From: Scyliorhinus canicula
Taxonomy: Eukaryota
Direction: 5' to 3'
Assembly: GCF_902713615.1 (NCBI RefSeq)
Contig: NC_052149.1
Span: 117,975,930 to 118,039,929 of the forward strand
DNA: 64,000 nucleotides
The notes under the pieces were generated by a model, which was not told where the DNA came from, searched no databases, and saw only the letters and a program-made list of their open reading frames with translations. Below, in pieces: positions 39,707-50,990 of the stretch. A program made the translations under genes and the position numbers. How positions within the stretch are numbered: the first letter of the stretch is position 1; each line of letters opens with the position of its first letter.

Positions 39707-39977
39707 AGTCATCTGCGTACAGAGACATCCTATGCTCCAACCACCCCCCTCAGATAGCTCCACTAACTCCCTCCCTTTATCCACCCTGGCCTTAAATGTG
39801 ATGATCTCTCCCATCCCCCTCCCTCAGTATCGTCTTCAAACCACCATTGATGAGACCTCCCCAATTCAATTAAACTCCACATACTCCTCCATCACCCTCT
39901 CCATCTTGATTCAAAAGTTTGGATCCACCAGCAAGCCCACATCCAGCCTCTGGGCCGGCCCTTCTCCAAGACCACAT

Positions 39978-40329
39978 CGCAGCACGGTAGCATTGTGGAT
40001 AGCACAATCACTTCACAACTCCAGGGTCCCAGGTTTGATTCCGGCTTGGGTCACTGTCTGTGCGGAGTCTGCACATCCTCCCCATGTGTGCGTGGGTTTC
40101 CTCCGGGTGCTCCGGTTTCCTCCCACAGTCCAAAGATGTGCGGGTTAGGTGGATTGTCCATGATAAATTGCCCTTAGTGTCCAAAATTTCCCTTAGTGTT
40201 GGGTGGGGTTACTGAGTTATGGGGATAGGGTGGAGGTGTTGACCTTGGGTAGCGGGTAGGGTGCTCTTTCCAAGAGCCGGTGCAGACTCAATGGGCCGAA
40301 TGGCCTCCTTCTGCACTGTAAATTCTATG
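39978..40329 (+). mobile_element. Full HE1 SINE
   Basis: Head, core and tail ctgcactgtaaattctatg. Confidence 0.92.
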
Positions 40330-40616
40330 TAAAACCCAGTGCGGCGAATGATCCAATATCACAATCATCAAGTACTCCGCCTTCTTTACCCCCGCCGGCA
40401 ACACCTTCTCTACTATAAAAAGTCAATCCTCGAATACGCCTTGTTTACCGAGGAGAAAAACAAATACTCCCTGACCCGTGAATGCAAAAACCTCCACGGA
40501 TCTGCCCCTCCTATCTCCTTCATAAACACAGCTAACACCTTTACCTCACCCCCTAGGGGGAGCGAGTGTAACCGAGATCTACCCATCCTCAGGTCCAACA
40601 CCATATTCCAATCCTC

Positions 40617-40650
<34 letters not shown>

Positions 40651-43600
40651 TATCAGCTGTTGCGTGTCCAGGTCAGGTCCGGTATGGCTGCTGACATTCT
40701 CCTCACAAACCCAGCTTCGTCCCAGTTCAGGAAATACACGCAGACCAACACCACCAACCTCCCCTCCAGCACACCTGTCACTATCACGTAGCTGCCCCTT
40801 GATCCGCCACCACCGTTGCCATTTGGAACCTCACCCACAAGTATACCACCCCCATGCCCTACCATCAAAGTCAGAATGGAATGCCTGACACCCAGCCCTT
40901 TCTCAGCCTCACCTGGTCCTTTACCCTCAGCTGGATCTCCTGTAACAGCACCGTATCTGCTTTCAGACCCTTCAGATGCGAGAAAACTCGCACTCTCTTC
41001 ACCGGTCCCCCTACAACTCGTAAGTTCCACTTCACCTTTCTGACTGGAGGTCTCTCACACATAGACCCAAACCCCTCACAACCGTACTTCCAGTCCCCGT
41101 CTCTTAGGCAGGAACCTGCCCCGGCCCTAGTCACTGCCGACCCCACCTTCCCAGTAACCCCTCGCCACTTCCTCTTGAAAACACCTCAACCAGTATCGTG
41201 CGCCCCCCCCCCCCCCCCCCCCCCCCCCCAACCATTCACATCTCCCAGGCCCATCAAAACCTGCCCACACAGCTTCCAACAACCACGGCTCCTCCCTTCA
41301 CCTCACTGCCATTCACTAGCCAACATTACGTTTACTAGCACGGTGGCCCCTGCCAAAGCCCTGTCCCCCCACAGCAAAAACAAAACCACATCAACTCCAA
41401 TGCCCCCTCACCAATCCCCATTACTTCCAAAAAAAACCCAAAACAAAGCTTTACATAACACCCATACACAAAAAAGAACCCAACTCAGAAAAAACAAAGA
41501 AAAAACTCAGCCAAAAACCATCAAATATCCAAATTCAGTCCAATCCCAGGCCTTCTGCCGTCACAAATGTCTCTGCCTAAAAATAAAAGTCTTTGCCATT
41601 GTATGTGACCCTCCACTTCACCAGGTAGACGACACCAAACCACACATTGTGCTTATACAATGGCACCTTAGCCAGCTCTAACGTCAAGTCCTGGTATATA
41701 AGTATACCCTTGCCTTCCCACTCCAGTACGCACATCTACTCGCCCACCTCAGCTCGAGCCTCTGCTCGCCTACCTCAGCACTCTCTCCTTCACCTGTAAA
41801 TTATGAAAACAGATGATCACCATCCTCGGTGGCTCATTCATCTTCAGTTGTGACCGGTGGCCTCTGTCCAACTCGTACTGGAAAGGCTCCTCCCTCCCCC
41901 ATCAGTTTCGCCATCAGATCGGGGATAGACTCTGTCGGCCACAGGCCCTCCACCCCCTCAGGCAGGCCCATGATTCTCAGGATTTCTCCAGATCCTCCAC
42001 CTTAGCTCTGAGCCCTTTGTTGGCTTCCACAGCTCCTCACCCATTGAGGTGAACTATTCGCTATGTTGCGACAATGCCTCCTCCACCCCGTTCAACTTCT
42101 CTCCTTGCTCCACACCTCAACTGAAGTCTTCATCACTGCCGCCTATACCGGCGCAATTACCTTCTCCACCCATTCTTTCATCACAGTCATCATCTCCCTC
42201 CGAAGCACCTCCATATGCTTAACAGCCTCTCGAACTCCACCGACATCACCTCGGTCAGAGTTTCCACCGTGAGGGAAGCGGCCTCACTTGACGACCGAAA
42301 CCCCGCCATCTTTCTTCCGACGGGACTCACTCGATGGCGGCCTTTCGCTCGCCGTCTTCTTTCCAGCACCATTCTTCTGGGACTTCGACATTTCACGTCT
42401 TCCTTATAGCTTCCCACACCAACTCATTCATAAACTACCCCTAAAACCACACATAAAAAGTAAAAACAAAACAGAGACTCCATCTACATGCCAGCACCAG
42501 AAGTCCCTGGTTATTGACATTCTATAAATGCCCTAGATCTTCCTCACGAACAAATCTTCACCAAAACCGGACTAAAAGGGCCATGGAAGAAAGTTCTGGC
42601 AGGAGCCACCAAACATGCGACCTCCACCTACATGCCGCAACCTGAAGTCCTCGCCAGCAATTCTTAACATTAATCTGGAACCTTGTCCTTTGGTGGCCAT
42701 TTTTGTGGTACCAGACTCATCGGGGTTGCAGATGGAGGTGAAGGCAGATGTTCTCGCCTTTGCCTCGCTAATAGCCTGGAGGCGATTCAGGGTGGGATGG
42801 AGACCTGAGGTGGTAGCCATTCATTTCCTACTTTAAAGAATTAATCACCATCAGCTGTTAGGGGAGGTGGGTGGTGATAGTTCTTATTGTTGGGGAACGG
42901 GTGTTTCTCTCCTGGGTGGGCTTCAAATGATTGGTTCTGTTTTTTCTAATCTTGCATTGTGTAACATCCGTTTTCCTTGTTGATATTGTGTATTTTGTTT
43001 GTTATAAATGAAAACTCTCAAGTTAACACATTTTAAAAAATTTTACAGATGCAGCCGTGTTGGATCTTCAACGCCTTCAGCCTGCTCTAATTACATTACA
43101 CAAATAAAAGGCAAATGCCAAGGATCCATCACACTGATAAGCCAACCTCATTAAAACAGATTTTGTGATCTCAATTACGTCTCCACCCATGGCTAACGTT
43201 TCTGTGTTGCTGCTGGGTTGCACAGTGGGTCAATGGTCACATATGAAATTAAGAGTAGCGAGCTCAGGGTGCAACTTGCAAAGGCTGCAGATACTGTATT
43301 GCCCGAGGAGACCAAGAGGAAATGAGACAAACATTTCAGACACAGAAAACCTCGAAACTGCACACCGGACATGTATTGGCCAGTGAAATAGAACACCAGT
43401 AGCTGTCTAGTGTCGTGTCAGAAGTACACATTCTTCCCACCTTATTAATATGCTTGTAATTTCCACTGTAATATTTTATCGCAAGTGACTACGGCACTCG
43501 TATCTTTCAACGTATAGATTGATTATAATGGGATCTTGCACTAAGTTGAAGTAAATTCATTCCATAATTACAATCATGGGCATGATTCACAATACTGAAG

Positions 43601-43714
43601 GATATTAGGGTTTAAATTCTGCCACAAACTTGAAAAACATGAAATCAATATTTGTCAAACTTGTCATTCTTGCTAAAACTCAGGTGTGAAACCACTGATA
43701 ATGTTATAAAATTC

Positions 43715-43925
43715 ATTTTTACAGGATGTGGGCTTCGCTGGTGAGACATGCATTTGTTGCCCATTACTAAGTGTCCTGGAGAAGGTGGTGGAGAGCTGCC
43801 TTCTTGAACTGCAGTCGTCCATGTGGCGTAAGTACACACACAGTGCTGTTAGGGAGAGAGTTCCAGGCTATTGATCCAGCAACAGTGAAGGAACGGCAAA
43901 ATATTTCCAAGTCAGGATGGTGATC
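43715..43925 (-). mobile_element. 3' end of an old CR1/L2-group LINE
   Basis: Similar to the reverse complement of about 9160-9365. Confidence 0.7.
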
Positions 43926-44235
43926 AAATTATCTCAATTATTGTACTGGACGGGAAGGAGTTACAGCGAAGGTACAGTGGCTATTTGCCTCTTTTGATGC
44001 AAGCAACACTCGATCCACACTCTACATTTACCACCCGTTGCACAATTCTGGTCTATTTACTAAAACTCCCTCATGACAGGAGTAGATTATCTGTTGCAGC
44101 CGATATATATCAGCAATCTAGGGTATCTGCTCCATCTCCAAACTCTTGCTATTGCCTTCAGGCATCAATTACCAATGCAAGTATTGACTCCAGGAAAAAG
44201 ACACAGGAAACCAGTTCACTTCAACTTCCCTGAAG

Positions 44236-44449
44236 AAGGCGCAGTGCTGAGCTCTGCTGCCTCAGGGCACTGAGGACCCGGGTTCGATCCCTGCCCCGGG
44301 TCACTGTCATGTGGAACTTGCTCATTCTCCCAGTGTTTGTGTGGGTCTCACCCCCACAACCCAAAGATGTGCAGGGTAGGTGGATTGGCCAAGCTAAATC
44401 ACCCCTTAATTGTAAAAAAAAATTGAGTACTCTGAATTTAATTTTCAAA
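44236..44449 (+). mobile_element. Short A-tail SINE
   Basis: TSD AACTTCCCTGAAG (44223-44235 / 44450-44462). Confidence 0.9.
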
Positions 44450-44629
44450 AACTTCCCTGAAGCTTCAAACTTGTGTGAAAGATGCTCAAGGCGAGGAGAT
44501 AATTCACAAAACTATATATCACAAGTTTCTCTAAGTTCAGACACTTGTGCTGTTCTGTGTTCCAAAACAGGCTGAATTTTACAGCAGCTGGGAGAGAAGA
44601 TATTTGAATCAGTTTAATTTTCACTACTC

Positions 44630-44825
44630 CCTGCCTCACGGCGCTGAGGAACAGGTTCAAGCCCGGCCCTAGGTCAATGTCCGTGTGGATTCTGCACATT
44701 CTCCCAGTGTCTGCGTGGCTCTCACCCTCACAACCCAAAGATGTGCAGGTTAGGTGGATTGGCCATGCTAAATTGCCCCTTAATTGGAAAGAAAATCTGG
44801 CTACTCTAAATTTATTTTTAAAAAA
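44630..44825 (+). mobile_element. Short A-tail SINE, 5'-clipped
   Basis: Family match. Confidence 0.85.
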
Positions 44826-44960
44826 TAAATTAAACCTCTGATATAACTATATGGTTAGTAAGTAGCAAATACGAGAGTTGTGTCTTGATACATTCACTAC
44901 AATGCAAGTTCACAAATTCAGGGTTGCCACTGATCCTGACGTGCTAGTGAAGCTGGCATT

Positions 44961-45146
44961 ATTTTTCCAATTAAGGGGCAAATAAGCATGGCCAATCCAC
45001 TTCACCTGCACATCTTTGGGTGAGGCCCACGCAAACGCGGGAAGAATGTGCAAACTCCACACGGACAGTGACCCGGGGCCAGCATTGAACCCGGGTCCTC
45101 GGCGTTGTGAGGCAGCAGTGCTAATCACTGGACCACCATGCCGCCC
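44961..45146 (-). mobile_element. Short A-tail SINE
   Basis: TSD TGAAGCTGGCATT (44948-44960 / 45147-45159). Confidence 0.9.
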
Positions 45147-45560
45147 TGAAGCTGGCATTTCTTACCCTCTTACAAAAATGCGCCATCAGTAGTACAAGTG
45201 ACGACTCACTCTGAAAGTGAGATTAATACCCAATGTTTATTGGTGAGTGAAAGGGAATAAAGAAAGGGAAGAAACAGAGGTTCCTGTCATCAGATGTGGA
45301 CAATTCCAATAACACTGCATCACAGCCAGAACAGTACACTTTCTCTCAAGTGGATTTTGAGTAGTTGAATCAAAAGTACAAATTTGGGCTGAGGAACTGA
45401 ATAAACGAGGCATTGATTTTTTTTTTCTCTTCAATTTTTAAGCAACATCTACAAATGAAGACACAAATCACTCACTATATGTATCAATGCAGGTTAAAGA
45501 AAGCAGGCAAAGCATTGGGATGAATTTATAGAGGAGTAGAATTGAAAAACAGAAAAGTGA

Positions 45561-45785
45561 GGGCTGAATGGTGGTACAGTGGTTAGCACTGCTGTCTCAC
45601 GGTGCCGAGGACCCAGGTTCAATCCCTGTCCCTGTGGAGTTTGCATTCTCCCCGTGTCTGCATGGGTCTCACCCCCACAACCCAAAAAGACATGCAAAGT
45701 AGGTAGATTTGCCACGCTAAATTGCCCCGCTAAATTGCCCCTTAATTGGGAAAAATTGAATTGGGTACTCTAAATTAACGTTTTA
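45561..45785 (+). mobile_element. Short A-tail SINE with internal duplication of CGCTAAATTGCCC
   Basis: Family match. Confidence 0.85.
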
Positions 45786-45878
45786 AAAAGCAGTGAAGTT
45801 TTGTTAAACTTATTCAGAAGCTCAGTTAGAACCAACTGTGAACAGAACAGGTATCCTTATTCTGAAAAAAAGAGAGAA

Positions 45879-46349
45879 CAGTGGTGGGTAATCTGCGACC
45901 CGGGGGCCACTTGTGGCCCATCTGGGTTCTGAGTGCGGCCCATGAGACATTTTGTTGACTGTTGCCCACACAGCAGGGTTGCCACATTCTGATGATTTCC
46001 ATCTCGGTAGCTTTTTTCCTGCCGGTGTGAATGAAATGATACAACGGTAAAGCAAGAGCCAGTAAAACTAGGTGCATGGTAATTACACACAACATTGACC
46101 ATGAGAGCCGTGCACTCCCACTGCTTCCGAAATGTAAATATTTATTTTGCTTTTAGCATTTGACGTTGATAGCTCCATTAACATATGAATGTTAAAGCAT
46201 TTTCTACAACTACTTATGCAATATTTGGCATATATTAAATGTATTTAGTCTTATTCATGGGATCATGGTTGGTAAACAAGCATGCTTTCAATCTTGCAGT
46301 CCACTTGGCCACTCATGCGTCCACTCATTAGCATAGGTTGCCATCACAG
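45879..46349. mobile_element. Degraded non-autonomous hAT (Charlie-like) element
   Basis: Termini CAGTGGTGGGTAATCT and AGGTTGCCATCACAG; subterminal GCGGCCC-like motifs; no clean 8-bp TSD. Confidence 0.5.
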
Positions 46350-46691
46350 ATATAAAAGACCAGGAGAGAGTGAAAAAAAATGATCAAATTATATCAGAAC
46401 TGGTTATACCAGATTCCACAGGTTGAAACTCTTTTCTCGAGAAAAGAGACGACTGAGGGCGAATCTGCTAGAGGTCTTTTAAGATTACCCAAAGGATTTG
46501 AAAAGGTAGACAGAAAAGATACTTCCATTTGCTGGAGAGACCAGAACCAGGCACTATAAATAGAAGACAGTCACTAATAAAATGCAACAGGGAATTTAAG
46601 AGAAATTTGTTTATTTATAGAGTGGTTGGAACTCACTATCAGAGGGGGGTACTTGAGAATACTGTCACAGATGTATTTAAGAAGAAGCTAG

Positions 46692-47768
46692 ATGACTTCC
46701 GGTGACGGCGGGCGGGAGACAGCTGTGCAATGGAGGGCTCCCATTCGGGAATGGCATTTTCGGGGCTTTAAGCCCGGTCCCAGGGTCCATGGAGGCGGCA
46801 AAAGCAGGGAGAAGGCACAGAGGAGGCACAGTGAAGACACAGTAAAGAAAAATGTCGAGGGTGAGCAAAAAAAGGCGGTAAATAAAACAGCTGAAGGTCC
46901 ATCGGGGAGTGGAAAGGTCACCGCGGGGTCACCAAGGAAAATGGAGGCTGGAGCACCAGGGGAGGCCGCATTGCTTACGGCTGAAGAAATAACTAAGGTG
47001 ATGGCTGCGGAATGCGAAAGGCAGTTTACAAAATACATGGAGGCAATGAGGAAGGAGATGAGGGAGGTTTTGAGTGTGCTGGTGGAGGAGGCGATTTCCC
47101 CGGTGACGACGGCGGTGGCGAGTGCAGTGGAGGAGGTGCGGGAGCAAGGGGAGGCGCTGAAGGAAGTGGAGACGACATTATTGCAGCACGGTGATCAACT
47201 TACCTCGATGGGGAAGGAGATGTGGAAGGTGATGGAGATTAACAAGGATCTGCGAGGAAAAATGGAAGACCTGGAAAACAGATCCAGGCGACAGAATTTG
47301 AGGATTGTGGGGCTGCCCGAAGGAGTTGAAGGGCCGAGGCCGACTGAGTATTTTGCCGCGATGCTGTCGAAACTATTGGGGGAGGGGGAGGATCCCTCCC
47401 GATATGAACTGGATCGGGCTCATCAGTCGTGGAGGCCTGTACCAAAGGCGAGTGAGCCGCCAAGGGTAGTGAATCTGTGCTTCCGTAGGTACAGTGTGAA
47501 GGAGAAGGTCCTGTGCTGGGCCAAGCAGAAGTGGGTTGTGCAGTGGGCTGGAGCTGGTATACTTGTATACCAGGAATTTACGGCGGAGCTGGCCAGGAGG
47601 CGGGCTGCTTTCAACCGGGTGAAGAGGGCACTGTACATCAGCAAGGTGCAATGCTGCACTGTATGTCCAGCAAAGCTGAGGGTGACTTACAAGCTCAAAG
47701 GCTTTTATTTTGGAACAGCAGAAGCAGCGGAGGAGTTTGCGAAGGCAGAAGGACTGTGGCAGAACTGA
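46692..47768 (+). CDS. L1 ORF1p-like RNA-binding protein (coiled coil, RRM, CTD; Transposase_22 family), transposon-encoded
   Basis: LENRSRRQNLRIVGLPEG, ELDRAH and PAKLRV motifs with a heptad-rich middle. The native start is more likely the ATG at 46852, which is out of frame in this copy. Confidence 0.85.
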   Translation: MTSGDGGRETAVQWRAPIREWHFRGFKPGPRVHGGGKSREKAQRRHSEDTVKKNVEGEQKKAVNKTAEGPSGSGKVTAGSPRKMEAGAPGEAALLTAEEITKVMAAECERQFTKYMEAMRKEMREVLSVLVEEAISPVTTAVASAVEEVREQGEALKEVETTLLQHGDQLTSMGKEMWKVMEINKDLRGKMEDLENRSRRQNLRIVGLPEGVEGPRPTEYFAAMLSKLLGEGEDPSRYELDRAHQSWRPVPKASEPPRVVNLCFRRYSVKEKVLCWAKQKWVVQWAGAGILVYQEFTAELARRRAAFNRVKRALYISKVQCCTVCPAKLRVTYKLKGFYFGTAEAAEEFAKAEGLWQN

Positions 47769-48542
47769 GAAATTGAGAAATGGCCATGTGCCGATGTAAC
47801 CTCATGACTGTATTTACTTTTTTGTTTCACTGCGTGCGGGTGTATGGGCTAAAGGAGCCAATGTTGTATATATTTGGACAAGGGAAGCGATGGGACTTTC
47901 ACTCGAAGTGAGGGCTCTTTAGGGTGTAGGTGGATATGCGGGGTTTGTGTGCTAAAAGGGGATTTCTGGGCTTTCCTAGGGCCGGGCAAGAGGGAAAGGG
48001 ACCCGGGCGGGGCATCCATGCTGGCCGGTTTAAACCGGCCAGTGAATGGGAGTGAGGTAGGGGGAGGGGCTGTGGCCATCGGAGCCTGGCAGAACAGGGT
48101 CCGAGTGGTCTAGCCGGGGTGGAAAGTTGGGGGGAAGGAACCGAGGTTGGGGGGAGAAGTTTTACAAGAGGCAGTGGACGGGTGGAGTTGGAAAGGGGGG
48201 AGGGGGTGTTTACAACTCTTGGGTATCATGTACGGTACTCTTTCAGAGCTTGGATGGCGTTGAGTGCAAAGGGGGGGGGGGGGGGGGGGGGTAGTGGACT
48301 CTATGGTGACCATGGGCGGTCCCGGATTCCTTTTTCTTTGTTTTTTGTTTCCACCGTGGGACGGTTTGTTTTATTGGATGCATATCTTGACAGGTGGGCC
48401 GTTGTTTGGAGTGGTGGGAGGATGGGATCGTTGTTATTGTTAAGGGGATTGATTTTGTATTTGTTACCGTTTACTGTCTATGGGTGAGGTGTAAATTTTG
48501 AAGGAAAATGTGAAAATGGAGAATAAAAAAGTTTTTTTTAAA
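46694..48542 (+). mobile_element. ORF1-only (HAL1-like) non-autonomous L1 element
   Basis: 5' end GACTTCCGGTGACGGCGG, ORF1, about 770 bp with no recognisable ORF2, AATAAA at 48522, and a 12-bp TSD AAGAAGCTAGAT (46682-46693 / 48543-48554). Confidence 0.85.
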
Positions 48543-49380
48543 AAGAAGCTAGATAAACAGGAGGGGGTAAGGAACAGAAGGATATGTTAATAGGGCTCGA
48601 CGAAGGGTCAGTGGAGGTTCATGTGGAAGCTAAATAACAGTATGGAGCCAAGTGGCCTGTGTAAGTACTGCAAATCCTGTGTAAATCTTGCTTGGACTTT
48701 GGCCGTTTATGAATTCTCCCTAATTGTTAACAGAAAAGTAAATTTCTAAATAACTGCGTTCAACTGAATTTGTATATTAACTTCCACAGCTAAGAACTGT
48801 AAACATAACCAAAAATAAATAACAGAAACTAGCTTCATGTTTGTTTAATTATACGCGTCACCAGATTTTCTAAATAGTTCTTTGCTGAACCACCTGTTAA
48901 ACTTCTGTTCATTGTACAGAACAGTGTGTGATTGTTATGTTCTGTGGATCTGTCACCAGGTTACAGCAAACAGCTGACTGTTATTAAGCCAACACATGAA
49001 ATTGCCAATGCTTAAAACTGGTCAAACATCTACAAAATATTTTGGTCTGGTATGAGTGAAATACAAGCACTAATCATTCATTCACACTAGTTAACCTTTC
49101 ATAAGTGAATTACTCACATATTCTTTTGACCCAGTTATCAGTTTGGTTCCATTTCATTTATCACTCCAACACTGCGCCAATTTTTCACACACATCTTTAT
49201 GAGGAGATGCACCCATGGATGCAAATGCACTACAGCAGAAACTGAAACATAAGACTAACCAAGCCCAATAATACTCAAACCCAGTTGGAAGCTGAGGAAG
49301 ATTAAAGCTTTAAATACCTAGAAACAAATTTTCAGTCACACTGAAGCCAGCATGAAAATCAAACATGAGTAGATTCTGTA

Positions 49381-49626
49381 TGTAATATTGTACACAACCT
49401 CCGACCAGCAGGTGGCACTGTAAGTCCACCATGAGGCTCTGTGCCTCAGGAGAGTTGGGAGTAAGTCCTGTCGGTGGATAGACGTATTTTGCAGTAGCTC
49501 TATAATAGTTAGTGTTAGTAGTTTGTTATTTATTTATTCTAGTTATCTTTACCACCACGCATGTTTCACAATAAATTATTTAAACTAGATGTTCTGCAGT
49601 GCATCATTCGTCCAGTCTGCAGAACA
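49381..49626 (+). mobile_element. Possible small solo LTR carrying a CTCF motif
   Basis: TG...CA ends, AATAAA at 49570, CCAGCAGGTGGCAC at 49405-49418; no TSD found. Confidence 0.4.
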
Positions 49627-50720
49627 TGATTGTTATATTCCTCCAGGTTGATACATAGAAGGGTAAATATACTAACCAACCACCATCAAAAGAGTTACAT
49701 TCAGACTAATTGTTAAGAAAAATAAGAATGCACTGTAAATCAAATGAACGGCAGTCCCTTACCTCTTTACCATCCTTCTCAATGTCGGGTTTCACCAAAA
49801 TGTTGAAGTAATGAGATATTAGCCCAAAATGTATCAAGCTAAATTGGCAATGGAGTGACAATTCAGACAATTCTAATTGACACCAGAGCAAAAATGAGCC
49901 ATGTCCCTAACTGGCCAACAGGAAGTTGAAAAACCAACTGCACAGACCCAATGCCACCCACATTGACAGCCAACATGAAATATGAAGACGAAACATATAA
50001 CTTGATTTAAATGGTGTCATGCAAACCAGGAAGCAAGTAACCACTTCAAGTTCTAAACAAGACTGAAAGGACTCCAAATTCTAAATACTAAATGTGATGA
50101 ATGTTCTTTTAAAAAGTGAGGTGAATGAAGAAAGATCACCATTTTTACAACAAAGGTTGTTCATTATTTATGAATAAAATGATAATGAAAAAAATAACTA
50201 TATTGAATTTATGGAAGGTGAAGGTTGGAAAAGCATAAGACAAATCTAAAAGTGACCAATGCATGGATTAGCATTCCATTGACAGATGTGTTCACACAGG
50301 TTAATAGTTGTAGATATAACCAAAGATGGTCACAGGACCAAGACATTTGAAAGATTTTCTGCTTTTCTACAAGGAAAGATAGACACAGACTTGCATTTTC
50401 ATAGCATCCTGACTAACCTCAGGACATCGCAAAGCCCTTTACAGCTTGCTAAGTATTCCTGAAGTGTAGGTCACTGTAATGAACAATTCAAGACAAATCA
50501 AAATATTTTCCAGAAAAGTAGCAATGGTACCAAAGTATAGTTTAATTGGAAAGTTGCTTTTTGTTTGTACTTTTTGCTAAGAACTGGTCAATTTCATTCA
50601 ATCCAACTCCCAACAGATAACACTCACCACTTCAGTTTCCATTTGGTCAGCACTGTCACCTTCAGCAAATAAATTGTACAATGCGACTTGGCTCCAAAGT
50701 TTTCACTTTTATAAATTGTG

Positions 50721-50990
50721 AATAGAACATAGAACATAGAACACTACAGCGCAGTACGGGCCCTTCGGCCCTCGATGTTGCGCCGACCTGTGAAACCATC
50801 TGAAGCCTATCTGACCTACACTATTCCATTTTCATCCATATGTCTATCCAATGACCACTTAAATGTCCTTAAAGTTGGCGAGTCTACTACTGTTGCAGGC
50901 AGGGCGTTCCACACCCCTACTACTCTCTGAGTAAAGAAACTGCCTCTGACATCTGTCCTATATCTATCACCCCTCAATTTAAAGCTATGT
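50721..50990 (-). mobile_element. Young CR1 3' fragment
   Basis: HSFKLRGDRYRTDVRGSFFTQRVV; (GTTCTAT)n tail. Confidence 0.92.

Larger units (their letters stand above)
37821..42653 (-). mobile_element. Degraded L1-clade LINE with 5' end, ORF1, EN and part of RT; internally deleted
   Basis: EN motifs WNLR..ADTVLLQE and YSRIDF; RT SLYADD; C-terminal MFWSCPKL. Holds nested inserts at about 38500-38630, 39525-39706 and 39978-40329. Confidence 0.85.
34165..43040 (+). mobile_element. Old L1 ORF2 in three pieces (34165-34448, 36997-37820, 42654-43040)
   Basis: RGTWQGRPLSPLVF; GGLVL|PNLLIYYWAAN reads across the CR1 insert; TSD-like GCCA..ATTCTT flanks the inner L1; A-rich tail at about 43035. Confidence 0.75.
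46420..48690 (+). mobile_element. Old CR1 3' fragment (46420-46693 and 48555-48690), host of the ORF1-only element
   Basis: LFSREKRRLRANL..; sequence is continuous across the TSD. Confidence 0.75.

Noticed and set aside
40854-41681. 275-aa Pro-rich ORF
   Set aside because: Antisense to L1 EN and inter-ORF sequence, running through poly-C.
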